A DNA stretch of 63,195 nucleotides, the filler included, from Trichomonas gallinae (taxonomy: Eukaryota): the NCBI GenBank assembly GCA_008369845.1. It is 7 parts of 7 records of this genome, joined end to end, with 100 filler letters (N's around TTAATTAATTAA, not from the genome) between each part and the next. Parts side by side here need not be neighbours in the genome. Positions count along the whole stretch, not along the records: positions 1 to 27,809 come from MRSU01000989.1; positions 27,910 to 39,277 come from MRSU01000997.1; 5 more parts are not named here. One strand, written 5' to 3'. Below are positions 21,364 through 33,404 of the stretch, piece after piece. The first letter of the stretch is position 1; each line of letters begins with the position of its first letter. Both the position numbers and the translations under genes were made by a program. A model generated the notes under the pieces. That model made no database searches. It was not told where the DNA came from and saw only the letters and a list, made by a program, of their open reading frames with translations.

Positions 21364-22009
21364 ATATTTATTTACGGACTGCTTGAGAAATTAATCTTTT
21401 TAACCCACATATTTCCATACCATATTTTATATCTACTCCCCATCATACCAGCATACATCAAACTTCGGTTTGATTATCGTTTTAATCAAAATGTAATAAT
21501 TTTACAGAATCACAAAGAAGTCATAAAAATATCATAAATAAGATACACAAGAGTCAAAACATAGACTTATTCACTGCTCTTCGCCTAACAATGACTCTGT
21601 ATTTTTGGTCGTTAACGATGACTTTAAATTTTGTCTGACACACATTTCTTACCCAAAAACCATATATACATCGTCTAAATAATTCAATACCAAACTCTCT
21701 AAGCTTTATCTTAAGTAGAAAAATTAACTGAATAAAATAAGTTTGAAGTTATATATTTTTAGATAAAATAAACATTTTCAGTGAAAGCATATAACTATAA
21801 TTAGATAATTAATCCATGAAATCACAGAAAATTTGAATTCGAAATTTAATTTTGTTGATTCAAAAAGGAGTACCATTTGCATCGAGCAAACAAACATATG
21901 AACATGTAATTTCGGACATTTGAAACGATTTTAAAATTTTGAAATTGTTTTGATTTCGAATTTTGTCCTCGAATTGAGAAATATAGCATGTTTTGGTAGT
22001 AAAAAGTAC

Positions 22010-22300
22010 TTATTTTATCTGTGGCTGTTGATTAATTCTAAAGTATTGAACAATTAAATATCTGTTTTGTAATGTGTAGCCATTTAATGCATCTTTCGCA
22101 GCTTGAGCTTCTAATATATTATCATAAACAACGAATGCATGTCCTGTTGTCGATGGGGTGCAACCTATTCTAATTTGAAAAATAGAACCATATCTAGAGA
22201 ACAATTCATACACGTCATTTCCATCGAAACCGAAAGGAATGTTTCTGACATAAAGAATTCTGTTTGCATTCTTAGCTAATGTTATTGATCTGGAATCCAT
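22010..22300 (-). CDS. SF3B6: Splicing factor 3B subunit p14 (RRM)
   Basis: NRILYVRNIPF...YELFSRYGSIFQIRIG...TGHAFVVYDNILEA...NRYLIVQYF. Confidence 0.9.
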   Translation of the reverse strand: MDSRSITLAKNANRILYVRNIPFGFDGNDVYELFSRYGSIFQIRIGCTPSTTGHAFVVYDNILEAQAAKDALNGYTLQNRYLIVQYFRINQQPQIK

Positions 22301-23156
22301 AAATTTGGCGAATTTTTTTACAAAAAGTGAACGTCTTTTGACTTAAAAAACAATTTTAATTATGGATTTAGATTACACACTGACAAAGAAATCAGTTCAT
22401 CAAAGAAAAGTCCATTATCATACATGACTTTATGCCGCCCATTTAACCTTATTTTTCACGAACGAATGCAAACGCTACAAAAACTTACCTAAGGCTAATT
22501 GATTTAAATATTCAATGTAGTTATATGCATCACAAGCCAATAAATTATTTACACATTAACTGCTGAATAAAAGCATTCGTCTTATTAGAAATTATTCATG
22601 TTAAAGTTGAAATTCATTAAAAGCATTATAAGCTAGCTACTAACTGCATTATATAATCGAGAAATTATGTAGGTATTCTTCTAGCATTACTGTGCCATTT
22701 CTGAGATATTCCGATTCATAAATTTGAATGTGAATAAAAAATAACGAGGGGTTTACAAAAATAAAAAAGGTCGACGAAAATTCTGTCGTACATATCATTA
22801 TAATGATATGATATATAACGATAAAAACAAATGTAAAAAATTTCAAACAATTATTTGACTACTTCACAAAATTTAAATAACGTGTTTTAATCTATTTTAG
22901 TTTATACCCTGTCGATTACAGTAGGTATTATTTGTTGTAAAAAAGTGACATCGATATTTTCAATGACTAACCGCTTCATTATTGTTCTGCTACCCCTTTA
23001 TATGCATGTAAATACTCATTTTTACCGCTTTTCACATCACCCTTCTCAATCTCTAAATTTGTACGTTATCCAATCTTATTACCATTATATTGCTTCTTAG
23101 GAGAAAAGCGTTTTTATCAAAATTGAAAAAATGAAAAAATGGAAAAATCATAATCA

Positions 23157-26100
23157 ATGAATGATTCAGGTTTGGACGAAAGAAAACTTGAATCAGACTC
23201 GTATCAAGATTATGCTGAGCACCTAGATGTGCCGTGGCATGAGAAGGTAAAGGAAACAATGTTCCGATACTTCTCTAAGGTGCAAACAGATGCAAAACCA
23301 CACGTTTTGTTCGGATACATACTTTATATTTTTATAACAATGCAGTGCACATTCCCAACATTCGTACAAGAAGCATGTAATCAAAAGGAAAACATTTTAG
23401 GCAAAATTATAAAATTTTTATCAATAATTTGGTGTGGTGCAGGAATGTTTGACGGCATGGCTGCACCAATCATGTCATTCATCATTTCCCTCGTAATTAT
23501 CGGAATCATTATCGCTTCTTTTTTCCATGCTTTGAGATACAGTAAGCACAGAAGAGCTTCTGCAATTGAAGCGAATGTCTCATTCATTATATTTACATAC
23601 GTGTTCCAAATATTGATACCGTTTCTTACTTCATGCTTTGGTCAATCAATCGAATATTTGATAAATGGGAAGAAAAGCTGGATTTTGTTTGCATCCATAC
23701 TACTGACCATCACGAGTTTCACAATTCTACTAATTTGGAAGTTTTTCTTTTATTCTCCAAGAATTATGTTTATTAACGATGTGACGATGAATTGGTCACC
23801 ATTGAGCAGCACAATCATTACTATATGCACAGGGCTTCTCGCTGCGCTTTCTTCCATTAATGTTTCCCTAAATTCGAACAAAATTTCGTGTTTTATTCTG
23901 ACTTTCGCCATTTCTTATATACAAATCTCTTTATCAGTCTATCTATTCGTCGATATTTCATTTATTAATAGAAAATTCGGAAATATTTTTTCTGCAATTT
24001 TATTTGCGTGTGGATTAGGAAATATACTAAATCTAATATCTATTTACTATCAGATCAACTATACTCTCATTTTCTTCATTACTATAGCACTCATTATCAT
24101 TTCTATTCCAACATTTTTATTCATCAACACGAGAATCGTAGAAAAAGCATTGACAAGGATCTCATTCGTCGATGATGAGAATGAAAAAGATGTTTACGTT
24201 AAAGCAAACCAATTTCTTCGCGATATAAGATTAACAATCGAATTTAGTCCACCACAAGTGTTTTCATGGAATTTATACGAAGATTTCCTCAAAACAGAAG
24301 GAGATAACAACGAATTGATATTGATGTATTGCAGACTTCTTTCTTCTTTCCCTAGATATTCATATCACTTGAACCATTTGATTTTGCTCATGAAATATTC
24401 GACCATGATATTAAGAAGGACCTACTTTCTCCAATTATGCCACATAATTTCGCATAGAAACACTTCAACGACTTCTGAAATTATTTCTTTCTTTAATGCT
24501 TATGATTATCATTATCACACATTAGAAATACTACGCACAAGGTTCTGGGAGAACGTTTTAGCTGAAAATCGCTCAGCTTTTTGGACAAATACAATTGAAT
24601 ATAATAAACAAATCAATACAATCAACGCACTCATTAAAAACGCATTGTATGACTTCGAAAACAACCCAGAAGTTGTTTCATTTGCTATAAAAGTCTATCA
24701 AACAACAACATTTGATTTTACATCAACAAAGAAACTATTTGACGGCTTAAACATGCTGAAAGCTGGAGTTCCCGCACATTCTGACCGTGCTCTTAAGAAT
24801 ATTTTGAGTGTTTTCCCAATGATTGGTGGGATTTCAACAGAATTAGTCCAAGATATCGAAATCCTAGGCCATGAGATCAGTCTCGAAGATGTTGATAAAA
24901 ATCTGCTGCAAAGGAAAGAAGTTGTCAATGGATTACTTCATCACGCAAAAGTTGGCCAAGTTTGGGCGGCAATGGTCTATTTCTTCATCGCAAGCGTAGT
25001 TTTATTGGTATTTGTGACTGTTTTCATACAGAAACTCAACGGCGACGTTGTTAAAGAAATTCAAAAAACATCAGACTTTCAAATCCAAACTTCCAACCTT
25101 CTGCACGTTATCACTAGGTATGCCTTATTCAAATGCTTCAATATCGGACTCTATCACACAGGAAATTCTCCAATGTCGAATTCTGAAGAGAGAATGCAGC
25201 GAATTTCTCCTCATTGGTATCCTAAATACGTATCTAAATACGACCCATCGGACACAAAGCTCGCAAACTACGAGTTTTTGATTAGAGATGCGATGGCGAA
25301 AACTGCTGACATTTTGCATCAAATTGACAACACTCGTGAGCCAGTTAAGGTCTTCACGGACAGATTCAGCGACGAAAAGATCAACGGATTGACTCTAAAT
25401 GAATTAATAATTGTTTTCTTAGAGAAAGACACAATGGATATGAGCTATTTCGAGACAGCTTTACAATTATATTCATTCGTTAAAGAAATTTTAGAAGAAT
25501 TCACTTTAGCGACAACATTCAACACAATTCCATTAAGCATCAACATTTTAATGATTGTTTCATTGCTAATCTGCTTATTACTGTATTCCTTCCCAATGAT
25601 GCTGTATCTTTTCATGCTGCACACGCAAATGGAAGATATTGCATCGTGTTTCATAACTTTGCCTGTGAGTGAGCTCAAAAAGATAATAGGAGAACAGACA
25701 AGAAGGTCAAAGCAGGACAATGCTGCACTTTCAACCATTTCTATGCTGAAAATTGATTTATTGAATACTCCAATGATAATATTATTAGCTATGTCGATCA
25801 TTCCGACATTCGTTGTAGTCTTCACATCATTTTTCTATCAGAAAAGGTTCGTTATTGATGCAGATATTGATTGTCAAGCGTCAGGATACGTAAAAACTCC
25901 ATTTGCGGCCATGAGAATGACATTCCTGGCAATTGCTTTGTCTTTCCTAGAAAGTTATCCACTGGAAACGAAAGGAATTGAAAGAAATGAAGTTCAACAG
26001 TTTTTGCAGATGAAAAACTTGCTGATGAACGAAACAAGAGCAACATTATCAGACCATTTCATCAAAATCAAGAAGCAACTTTATCATTGGCTGCAAATAC

Positions 26101-27608
26101 AGGACAATTATGTCTTCAGAATGGGCGAATTACACGAAGATTACAACACAATTCCAATAAATTTTGCAGGCTTCGAAAGATTGGCTTCTCAAGAATTTAT
26201 TATTGCCACTGACGTAGTTTATTTATTGATGGGTATTACAGAGCCAGGCCAGGAGCAGTCGCTAGAATACTTAGACTTGCTGTCTTATTATTTCGTGTGG
26301 AGCTTTGACGCGAGAGAAAAAGCTTATTTCGAAACTATACAAAACACAATTTACCAAGAAACTGCTGCAGGAACAGAACTTGTTGTTCCATTAAGTATTG
26401 CTTTAGGTATTTGCTTGTTAATAACTTTCCTTTATTTAGTTGTAGTTTTACAGAGAATGAGTAATATAATGAAAAACGCGATGAAATTGTTGTTCATGAT
26501 TGATCCGATGCTGACGATGTCACACGACCCAATTTTAGATTTAATACAGACAGGAAGGTGTTTCGAAGACAAACACACGACATTCGAGGAGTCTTCGAGG
26601 TTCACAGCACTGACACATACAGGAATTGCTGTTGTGTCTAAAAACTTGGACATCGTTGAATGTAATTCGCATTTTCTCAAGATTTTCCCGACTGTTAATA
26701 ATCTGCATGACTTGGAGGTGGAGTCAAACAACAAAGCAGACATGGACTATTTCGTGACTAAAATAATGAACACGTTCATCAAATGTGAAGAGCCGAGATT
26801 TTTGAGACAAATACAGTTGAACGACAAAGAAGGAAACGATTATCATTTCGAAATGGAATGCATAGCCTTCTGTGACACACACGCGGCACTGGAATTCGAC
26901 ACGAACCAAGTAACACAATGTGTAATAATTGTTAAAGATATAACTAAATTCGTCCACATACAGAATTCAATTGAGCAACATCAAAAATCAATATCAGGAA
27001 TGCTATCGAAAGTTATTCCACCGCAAATATTGGAAGACATCGGAGAAGATAACTCATACTCATTCAGTACACATTCAGTGACAATTGGAGACATTGCTTT
27101 TGTGCCTAAAGAAGTTCTGCCGATTGATAAACAGATGAAAATGAATGCGAAAATGGTTACAACATTGGATTTCATTTTACAAAAATATTCAACGCTTTCT
27201 AAAGTGAAATCTTTTATGAACAAATACACATTCTGCGGTGGATTGTTCATGGCAATCAACAAACCTTCTGAACACGCAGAAGAAGCAGTTAGATTCTGTC
27301 TTGAAGTTTTATCGAAGAGAAAAGAAATCGAAAAAGAAATTGAAACAGAATTCGACATAAAAATCGGAATCCACACTGGTGGTCCTGTTATTGCAGGCCT
27401 TATGTCACTAGATCATCCAGTATTCCAGTTGTTATGCAGTTTTGGACACTATCCAGCATTGATGAGAGACTCGTCCGACGACAACACGATTCACGTAACA
27501 CGTGCGGTTTACGAGCTTGTTTTTGCATTTGGCTTCCAGATATCTGAGAGCCAGATCGTTAAATCCGGTAACGAATCAATACCCGGATATACTATTGTTT
27601 GTGAATAA
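23157..27608 (+). CDS. Transmembrane adenylyl/guanylyl cyclase family protein (TM + PAS + class III cyclase domain; degenerate active site)
   Basis: Multiple TM segments, a PAS-like region (GIAVVSKNLDIVECN...IIVKDIT) and the cyclase motif IKIGIHTGGPVIAG...IHVTRAVYEL. Confidence 0.9.
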   Translation: MNDSGLDERKLESDSYQDYAEHLDVPWHEKVKETMFRYFSKVQTDAKPHVLFGYILYIFITMQCTFPTFVQEACNQKENILGKIIKFLSIIWCGAGMFDGMAAPIMSFIISLVIIGIIIASFFHALRYSKHRRASAIEANVSFIIFTYVFQILIPFLTSCFGQSIEYLINGKKSWILFASILLTITSFTILLIWKFFFYSPRIMFINDVTMNWSPLSSTIITICTGLLAALSSINVSLNSNKISCFILTFAISYIQISLSVYLFVDISFINRKFGNIFSAILFACGLGNILNLISIYYQINYTLIFFITIALIIISIPTFLFINTRIVEKALTRISFVDDENEKDVYVKANQFLRDIRLTIEFSPPQVFSWNLYEDFLKTEGDNNELILMYCRLLSSFPRYSYHLNHLILLMKYSTMILRRTYFLQLCHIISHRNTSTTSEIISFFNAYDYHYHTLEILRTRFWENVLAENRSAFWTNTIEYNKQINTINALIKNALYDFENNPEVVSFAIKVYQTTTFDFTSTKKLFDGLNMLKAGVPAHSDRALKNILSVFPMIGGISTELVQDIEILGHEISLEDVDKNLLQRKEVVNGLLHHAKVGQVWAAMVYFFIASVVLLVFVTVFIQKLNGDVVKEIQKTSDFQIQTSNLLHVITRYALFKCFNIGLYHTGNSPMSNSEERMQRISPHWYPKYVSKYDPSDTKLANYEFLIRDAMAKTADILHQIDNTREPVKVFTDRFSDEKINGLTLNELIIVFLEKDTMDMSYFETALQLYSFVKEILEEFTLATTFNTIPLSINILMIVSLLICLLLYSFPMMLYLFMLHTQMEDIASCFITLPVSELKKIIGEQTRRSKQDNAALSTISMLKIDLLNTPMIILLAMSIIPTFVVVFTSFFYQKRFVIDADIDCQASGYVKTPFAAMRMTFLAIALSFLESYPLETKGIERNEVQQFLQMKNLLMNETRATLSDHFIKIKKQLYHWLQIQDNYVFRMGELHEDYNTIPINFAGFERLASQEFIIATDVVYLLMGITEPGQEQSLEYLDLLSYYFVWSFDAREKAYFETIQNTIYQETAAGTELVVPLSIALGICLLITFLYLVVVLQRMSNIMKNAMKLLFMIDPMLTMSHDPILDLIQTGRCFEDKHTTFEESSRFTALTHTGIAVVSKNLDIVECNSHFLKIFPTVNNLHDLEVESNNKADMDYFVTKIMNTFIKCEEPRFLRQIQLNDKEGNDYHFEMECIAFCDTHAALEFDTNQVTQCVIIVKDITKFVHIQNSIEQHQKSISGMLSKVIPPQILEDIGEDNSYSFSTHSVTIGDIAFVPKEVLPIDKQMKMNAKMVTTLDFILQKYSTLSKVKSFMNKYTFCGGLFMAINKPSEHAEEAVRFCLEVLSKRKEIEKEIETEFDIKIGIHTGGPVIAGLMSLDHPVFQLLCSFGHYPALMRDSSDDNTIHVTRAVYELVFAFGFQISESQIVKSGNESIPGYTIVCE

Positions 27609-27775
27609 AAATATATTGTTTGCATTTTTTATTAAAATCGCATTTTTTTATATTCATTTAATTAATAACATGAACAATATTTGAGTGCTGCAATAAAGAA
27701 AAAGAGTATGTTGATCAAAACGAGAACATTCAAAAGGGGGGGAACTCCACTTTTTGGGAAAATTTTAAAAGTGAC

Positions 27776-27809
27776 ATGATAAAAACGCCTCCTGCAGCTC
27801 CATCTAACG
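27776..27809 (+). CDS. Possible 5' start of a gene truncated by the gap (MIKTPPAAPSN...)
   Basis: M2 motif AAAAGTGAC directly followed by ATG and a GC-richer open frame running into the gap. Confidence 0.35.
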
Positions 27810-27909
27810 NNNNNNNNNNNNNNNNNNNNNNNNNNNNNNNNNNNNNNNNNNNNTTAATTAATTAANNNNNNNNNNNNNNNNNNNNNNNNNNNNNNNNNNN
27901 NNNNNNNNN
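27810..27909. other. Artificial scaffold linker
   Basis: 44 N + TTAATTAATTAA (stops in all six frames) + 44 N. Confidence 0.98.
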
Positions 27910-28163
27910 AGGGCATCCTCTTTGATGCGCCAGCGCTTCATGATCATCATGCGGACTTCCTGGAGACGGCGGCCCTTGTTGTCGACGAATTCCTTTGTGT
28001 TGGCAGCCTTGATGATGATTTCTGTGCGGGATGGTGTTGTCTTGACCTCGACACCACCGTAGCCCTCCTTTGTGAGCTCACGTGTGAGGAGCTCGTTGAG
28101 TTCAGCGTAGAAGAGGCCTGTTTCGATGATGCGGCGAACCTTTGTGCAGCGTTGAGCCTTCAT
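27910..28163 (-). CDS. RPS3: 40S ribosomal protein S3 (uS3), N-terminal part, truncated by gap
   Basis: GLFYAELNELLTRELTKEGYGGVEVKTTPSRTEIIIKA...KGRRLQE. Confidence 0.95.
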
Positions 28164-28170
28164 TGTTTAG

Positions 28171-28191
28171 AAAAGGCCATGTCAAACCGCT
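28171..28191 (-). promoter_or_regulatory. M3 (GCGGTT) + M5 (CCTTT) core promoter of RPS3
   Basis: Minus strand reads AGCGGTTTGACATGGCCTTTTCTAAACAATG, the M3-M5 pairing described for trichomonad ribosomal-protein genes. Confidence 0.7.
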
Positions 28192-28577
28192 TTTGTAATT
28201 TTGTCTGAAAATATATTTGTCAAGTAAATATTTACATGACAAATATAATTTGCACATTTGTGATTTAAGATATTACAGTTCATTTGATTAGATATCTCTA
28301 TTTGCAATATATTGCTAGAGATTCAGAAGTATTTTGCTTTCCAATTGCCTGATATAGTGAATATATATCATATCAGGTTTCGTAGGGTCAATTGTTTGGA
28401 TCATGTTTTGTATTTTGTGTGTAAAAATCTTGTAGTTTAAGCATATGAAAATGAGAGAGGACTTAAAATATGAACACCTAAAACCAATTTATAACACAAT
28501 AACCTTGCAATATTTTAAAAATCTTATAGTTAACAAGTAATATATTATTTATATATCAAACAAAAACTAGATAATAT

Positions 28578-31382
28578 TTAGGCACTGGTGATGTATTCGC
28601 GTCCCATTGTCAAGTACGCGACATCAGTGCAGAAGAATGGGAATGCGTGCTTAAACTCCTGCTCGCTCGTGTAGTTCTGGAAGTGCGCTGCGAGAGCGAT
28701 CTGGTCTGACTCAGAGACATCTATGGATCTGATGTAAGCGTGTATGTAGTTCTCGACGAAGTTAGGAGTCTGCCCAGCAAGGAATGTAACAAAGTTGAAT
28801 ATGTTGTCCATCAATATGGAGTTGGGGCTTCTCGCCATTTCTGTGCAAACAGTTGAGAAAGCGTTATATATGTATTCAGGCGGTATCGAGTCAAAAATCC
28901 TCAGCTTTCTCTGAGCAATTTGTATAGTATTCATGCAGAGGATCATAGCATCAGGGTACTGCGACATTATTCCCTCATAGAAGACAATGTGCAAAAGTCT
29001 GTTTCCGCATTCTGGATTGACACCAGTCCATCTGTCTTCAACGAGGCATTTGATGATGTTTAAGGCAGGCATCAATAGATCCACAGACGAAGATAACAGA
29101 GCAGCGCCGAATCCATCGATGAATGAGACGATATTCTCTGTCTGCGTGATAGTTATAGCTGTCTTGAACTGCGCGATTCTGAACAACAAACCTAAAAATG
29201 ACTTCACGGCAAAGCTTTCAATTGTGCCGCCTTGCAGTGATGATATTGAGCGCTCGATTGGCGCGAACAGTCTCGCGATGATTTCATTGATGCTGTCACC
29301 AATCTGTGCAGTGAATGCTGAAATGAAGCCATAAAGGAAATCAAATAGTGGCTGCATAATACTCTCAGGACATCCTTGTTCATAAATCTGAAGAACAGTG
29401 CCGATATGTGGCGAAAATGCTGCATAGACTAAATCCTTAGTCATCGCCTGAGAAAGCATGATACAGTTAACACTCATAAGCATGATCTTAAGGGCAAAAG
29501 CGCATTTGTCGAAATCCAAAAGTGATTGGAATGTCACCGAATACATATCTATTAACAATCCTGGATCTCTAACAAGCATCTTCTCGCCGAGATCAGTAGG
29601 CGGCATGGTTGCAACAATGATGAAACAGCTCAGATATAATGCGTAGTTGTCGTTGGATAAGTTAATGAATGTAGAATGAGCATTGACAAGTCCTTCTAAG
29701 ACAATTCTTGCCGCTCTCACTGGTCTGTAGATCCTGAGTGTTTCTAAGAGGAGCTCAAGCATGTGCTGAACGAAATATTCGTTGATTTCTATGGAAACTT
29801 TGAGCAAATGGAAAATTTTCTCGAGGAAATAATCACTCATTCTGGAAAACCTGCTGACATAGCTGTAAATGATGAATTTTGTCAATGCAAAATGCTCAAT
29901 AGTCTTCTCCATGTTTTGTCCAGCGCAGTGAACCATTAATTCATTCATAAATAATATTAGGCTGTCGCAGATGACGGATATACGTGGGTCATCAGAAGGA
30001 ATGTGTCCCATAAGATGGATAAAGCATCTAAGGAGGAATTCTGCTGAGCACAAATGATGATTAACAGCATATGATGTCGTTTGTTGGAATAAATGATAGA
30101 TTTGATCAGAAAGATATGTTTCCTGATATAAATAATTGATCATTTCGTTGATATCTTCAAGATCTTTCTCAGCAAATCTTTCGTATTGAGTATCATCGAC
30201 CATCATTTGGAGAATATGGTCAACCAAGCGAACGAAAGGCTCTGAAAACTTCTGTCCGCGGTCTGGGAGACTTGTTATACCGTAATATAAGTCGATCCAA
30301 ATATCAATAAATAATTTAAACAGTTCTGTACCAAAAGCTTCCCATGTCCATTCTTCAAAGTTGCAAAGGAACTGGTTTAGCGCCTCATCTTCGAACATAT
30401 CCGAACGAAAAACATATCTTTCCGCTAAAGGCTGAAATGCAACAAGTAATGTAGATAGGAACTCAAAAGCTTCTTCATTAAACTCTGTGCTAGCAAGTAC
30501 ATTCTCGAAAAATGAAAGACAAGCAGCTAAAATTTGCTGCCTTTTTTCTACTTCAAATTCGAAAAGAGTAATTAAGTTAATTCGAGTGAATAGCGTGTAT
30601 AAACAACGATGAGCTTCGCATGCAAGCTCTACTGGTTGATCTGGAGCGGAAAATGTTAAAAACAATTCAATTATTCCTGGAATTTGTGCAAAGAAGTTTG
30701 GATTCTTGCATTGCATGAATGAATCAATCATTTTGAAATACTCTAATGCGATTGGAATTGTAATATTTGGATCTGAAAGTATTGAAACTGTCGATTCGCA
30801 AATTTGCGGTATAACATTGTAAAATGCTTCTTTAGTATTGATAGTTGTAGCGCTTGAAATAACATGGTCGAATCTTTGAACATCTTCGCCAAAAATTTTG
30901 ATAATTCTAAAGAAATAGAATACGTAGTTATAGTTTGTTAAGTTATTTGCAAAGCTCTGAATCCAAAAATTGCCTTCATTCTGGAAATCAACCTTCATTA
31001 ATTTAGATATTAATTTTAATATAAAGTTAGAAGCTGTTTCGTTCAAATTTACTATCGGACCAGTCAAGTAGCTAAGCAAGAATGCACGAATTTGTCCTTT
31101 AATCTCTTCAGTAAAGATCGAAGCCGATGGATCTGGATTCAAAGAATGCGGCACCCAGTACATGGTGACCAAATAGTCGAGCACATTGACAGAGAACCAA
31201 ACAACTTTCATTTCAGACGACATTGACAGTAATTGGATTGCTAATTGGTAATTTTGCGGGTTAATTTTGATACTCATGATGTAATTTTCGAATTTTTTGA
31301 TCATTTCATCATTTTCTTGCTGGAAATTGATCTGCATGACCTCCTGGATGACCTGGAGTGGATCTAATGTCGATTCTTCCAT
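28578..31382 (-). CDS. Karyopherin-beta/exportin-like HEAT-repeat protein
   Basis: 934-aa helical protein. The N-terminus is IBN_N/Xpo1-like (VWFSVNVLDYLVTMYW...IRAFLLSYL...KLISKLMKVDF). Confidence 0.65.
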   Translation of the reverse strand: MEESTLDPLQVIQEVMQINFQQENDEMIKKFENYIMSIKINPQNYQLAIQLLSMSSEMKVVWFSVNVLDYLVTMYWVPHSLNPDPSASIFTEEIKGQIRAFLLSYLTGPIVNLNETASNFILKLISKLMKVDFQNEGNFWIQSFANNLTNYNYVFYFFRIIKIFGEDVQRFDHVISSATTINTKEAFYNVIPQICESTVSILSDPNITIPIALEYFKMIDSFMQCKNPNFFAQIPGIIELFLTFSAPDQPVELACEAHRCLYTLFTRINLITLFEFEVEKRQQILAACLSFFENVLASTEFNEEAFEFLSTLLVAFQPLAERYVFRSDMFEDEALNQFLCNFEEWTWEAFGTELFKLFIDIWIDLYYGITSLPDRGQKFSEPFVRLVDHILQMMVDDTQYERFAEKDLEDINEMINYLYQETYLSDQIYHLFQQTTSYAVNHHLCSAEFLLRCFIHLMGHIPSDDPRISVICDSLILFMNELMVHCAGQNMEKTIEHFALTKFIIYSYVSRFSRMSDYFLEKIFHLLKVSIEINEYFVQHMLELLLETLRIYRPVRAARIVLEGLVNAHSTFINLSNDNYALYLSCFIIVATMPPTDLGEKMLVRDPGLLIDMYSVTFQSLLDFDKCAFALKIMLMSVNCIMLSQAMTKDLVYAAFSPHIGTVLQIYEQGCPESIMQPLFDFLYGFISAFTAQIGDSINEIIARLFAPIERSISSLQGGTIESFAVKSFLGLLFRIAQFKTAITITQTENIVSFIDGFGAALLSSSVDLLMPALNIIKCLVEDRWTGVNPECGNRLLHIVFYEGIMSQYPDAMILCMNTIQIAQRKLRIFDSIPPEYIYNAFSTVCTEMARSPNSILMDNIFNFVTFLAGQTPNFVENYIHAYIRSIDVSESDQIALAAHFQNYTSEQEFKHAFPFFCTDVAYLTMGREYITSA

Positions 31383-32303
31383 TAACGATTTTAGCGGTGA
31401 ACTGAAAGTGTCAAAACAGAGGACTTTGCTTCAATTTTCGGTTGAAAAACGGACAACAAGTTTGGATGGTTATATCATATATTTTTGAATTTTTGACAAA
31501 ATTTATCTATTCATCAAAGAAGGCGTGGAAATTACAGTTGAACGATCATATTAGGTAACTACGGCAGTGTACTGTATTCTCTAATGCCGCCAAACTAATA
31601 TAAACGGATAATATTTGTATACATGTATCATGATACATCAAAAGTGTCATTCTACAAGATTTTTATGTTCAATACTAAGAATTTATTACTACTTCATATG
31701 GTATTATATATTCACGTGGATATTGCCTATGTGTATGTCATGGAAATAAATCCATATCATTATTGTGTGAGCCAAAACATTGATGAATTCACTCTGGTGA
31801 TGAAACGAACATCATTGTGGAAAATCACGTCTAGAGATTTTTAGGTACATTTTATACTACCATATAAGTTATAGAATACAAGTATGCATGGATAATTCAT
31901 GTTTTATGCTTGAAATTTCAAATGAAAAATAGATTCATTGTTAAAATAGGGTATTTTCACAAAATATAGATACATTATCTTATCTATGGATGTATCGCAT
32001 TCACAAATTGTGTATAAATCAAAGTTTAATGCTGTAAAGTGTAGTATATTCATAATTTTGACATTGTAAAGATTTAATCTGGCAAAAATTTTATTTATTT
32101 GACAAAAATGCAAAATAATTAATTTGCTTTTTTACTTATAAGGTAGTATAGATATGAATGCACAAAAGCTTGTTATCAAGATCTTTGGCTATATTTTGCT
32201 TATGAATAATTTTTTTCGATTTTTATTTTTGAGGTTTCGCTCTATTGATACTATGAGCATATATATGCGTACAGTAATCAAATAAATACATACTACAAAC
32301 ATT

Positions 32304-32876
32304 TTATTTTGAATCATGAGATTGATAGAAATAATTTCCCGAAATAATAACGAATATAAAGAATATGATAATACCAGTTCCGATAGCAATGCTTGGCTTA
32401 ATGTTCTTGGTCAATTTCTTATTACTCTTGAAGATGCAAAGGAAAACGAAGCCAATTGGTGGAAATAGAATTGACATCATGCATACAAGACAAACCAAAT
32501 GCTTGTCATTGGTTTTGTTTTCATTTTGATTTGGAATACGTCTTGATACTGAGCTGCAGTGAGATTGCTGCTGATATATCATTTGAGGCTGAAAATAAGA
32601 TGTAACTGAAGTTTTTGCGACTCTTGGTGGCTCATTTTTTTCGAAATATGGATTAATCTGAGAATTTTCGGATGGATCTGCTACATTAATATCCATAGAC
32701 TTGTCAGATTTATCATCAGTAGAACTCGTTTCTTCCTGATCGTTGCAATCTGTATTGTCGTCCAATGTTTCTTTAATTTCTTCCGCGTACTTCGCGATGT
32801 CGTATGGGGAAGTCACGCAGTGTGTCATATCCTCAACATCTAAAATCCCAATCGTCGTATCATCCTGTAATTCCAT
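32304..32876 (-). CDS. Hypothetical membrane protein with two C-terminal TM helices
   Basis: Acidic, likely disordered N-terminus. Hydrophobic segments LVCLVCMMSILFPPIGFVFLCIF and IAIGTGIIIFFIFVII. Confidence 0.75.
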   Translation of the reverse strand: MELQDDTTIGILDVEDMTHCVTSPYDIAKYAEEIKETLDDNTDCNDQEETSSTDDKSDKSMDINVADPSENSQINPYFEKNEPPRVAKTSVTSYFQPQMIYQQQSHCSSVSRRIPNQNENKTNDKHLVCLVCMMSILFPPIGFVFLCIFKSNKKLTKNIKPSIAIGTGIIIFFIFVIISGNYFYQSHDSK

Positions 32877-33404
32877 AATAAAATAATAAATTGAGTTTGA
32901 ATGTGAAGATCGATCGTCAGCACTCTCAAAAAAATTCCTTAATGTTGGAAATGTTGAACAATTTTTATTATTACTATTAGAAAAGCATAATTACAACATA
33001 ATTGTTTTTCATTATCAAATTTATTGAATCAACTAATGATTGAAAAAAACAATTAATAAATGACTGAAAAAAGATTTCATAAAGAACCATCAAAAAGAAT
33101 AAAAAACGTTAACAAAAATTTCAATGATTGGAAATTTCGTTATAGAATGATTATATCAATATAAGCTATACTTTAATACAATTTTTGATTGTTTGTACGC
33201 CCATAATAACCGCATAATAAAATTCAGAAAGAATTTTGTTTATCGAACTTATGCACTCTTATGTTATTTAATTTTTAATGTTGTGTCATGGTAAGGTATT
33301 TGAAAATTGAAGTTTCATCTCATATTATTGAGACTCTGCAAATTGATGGATTAAATTAATCGAATCATCGTATAATAGGCTATCATTATTATGCCATAAA
33401 TACT

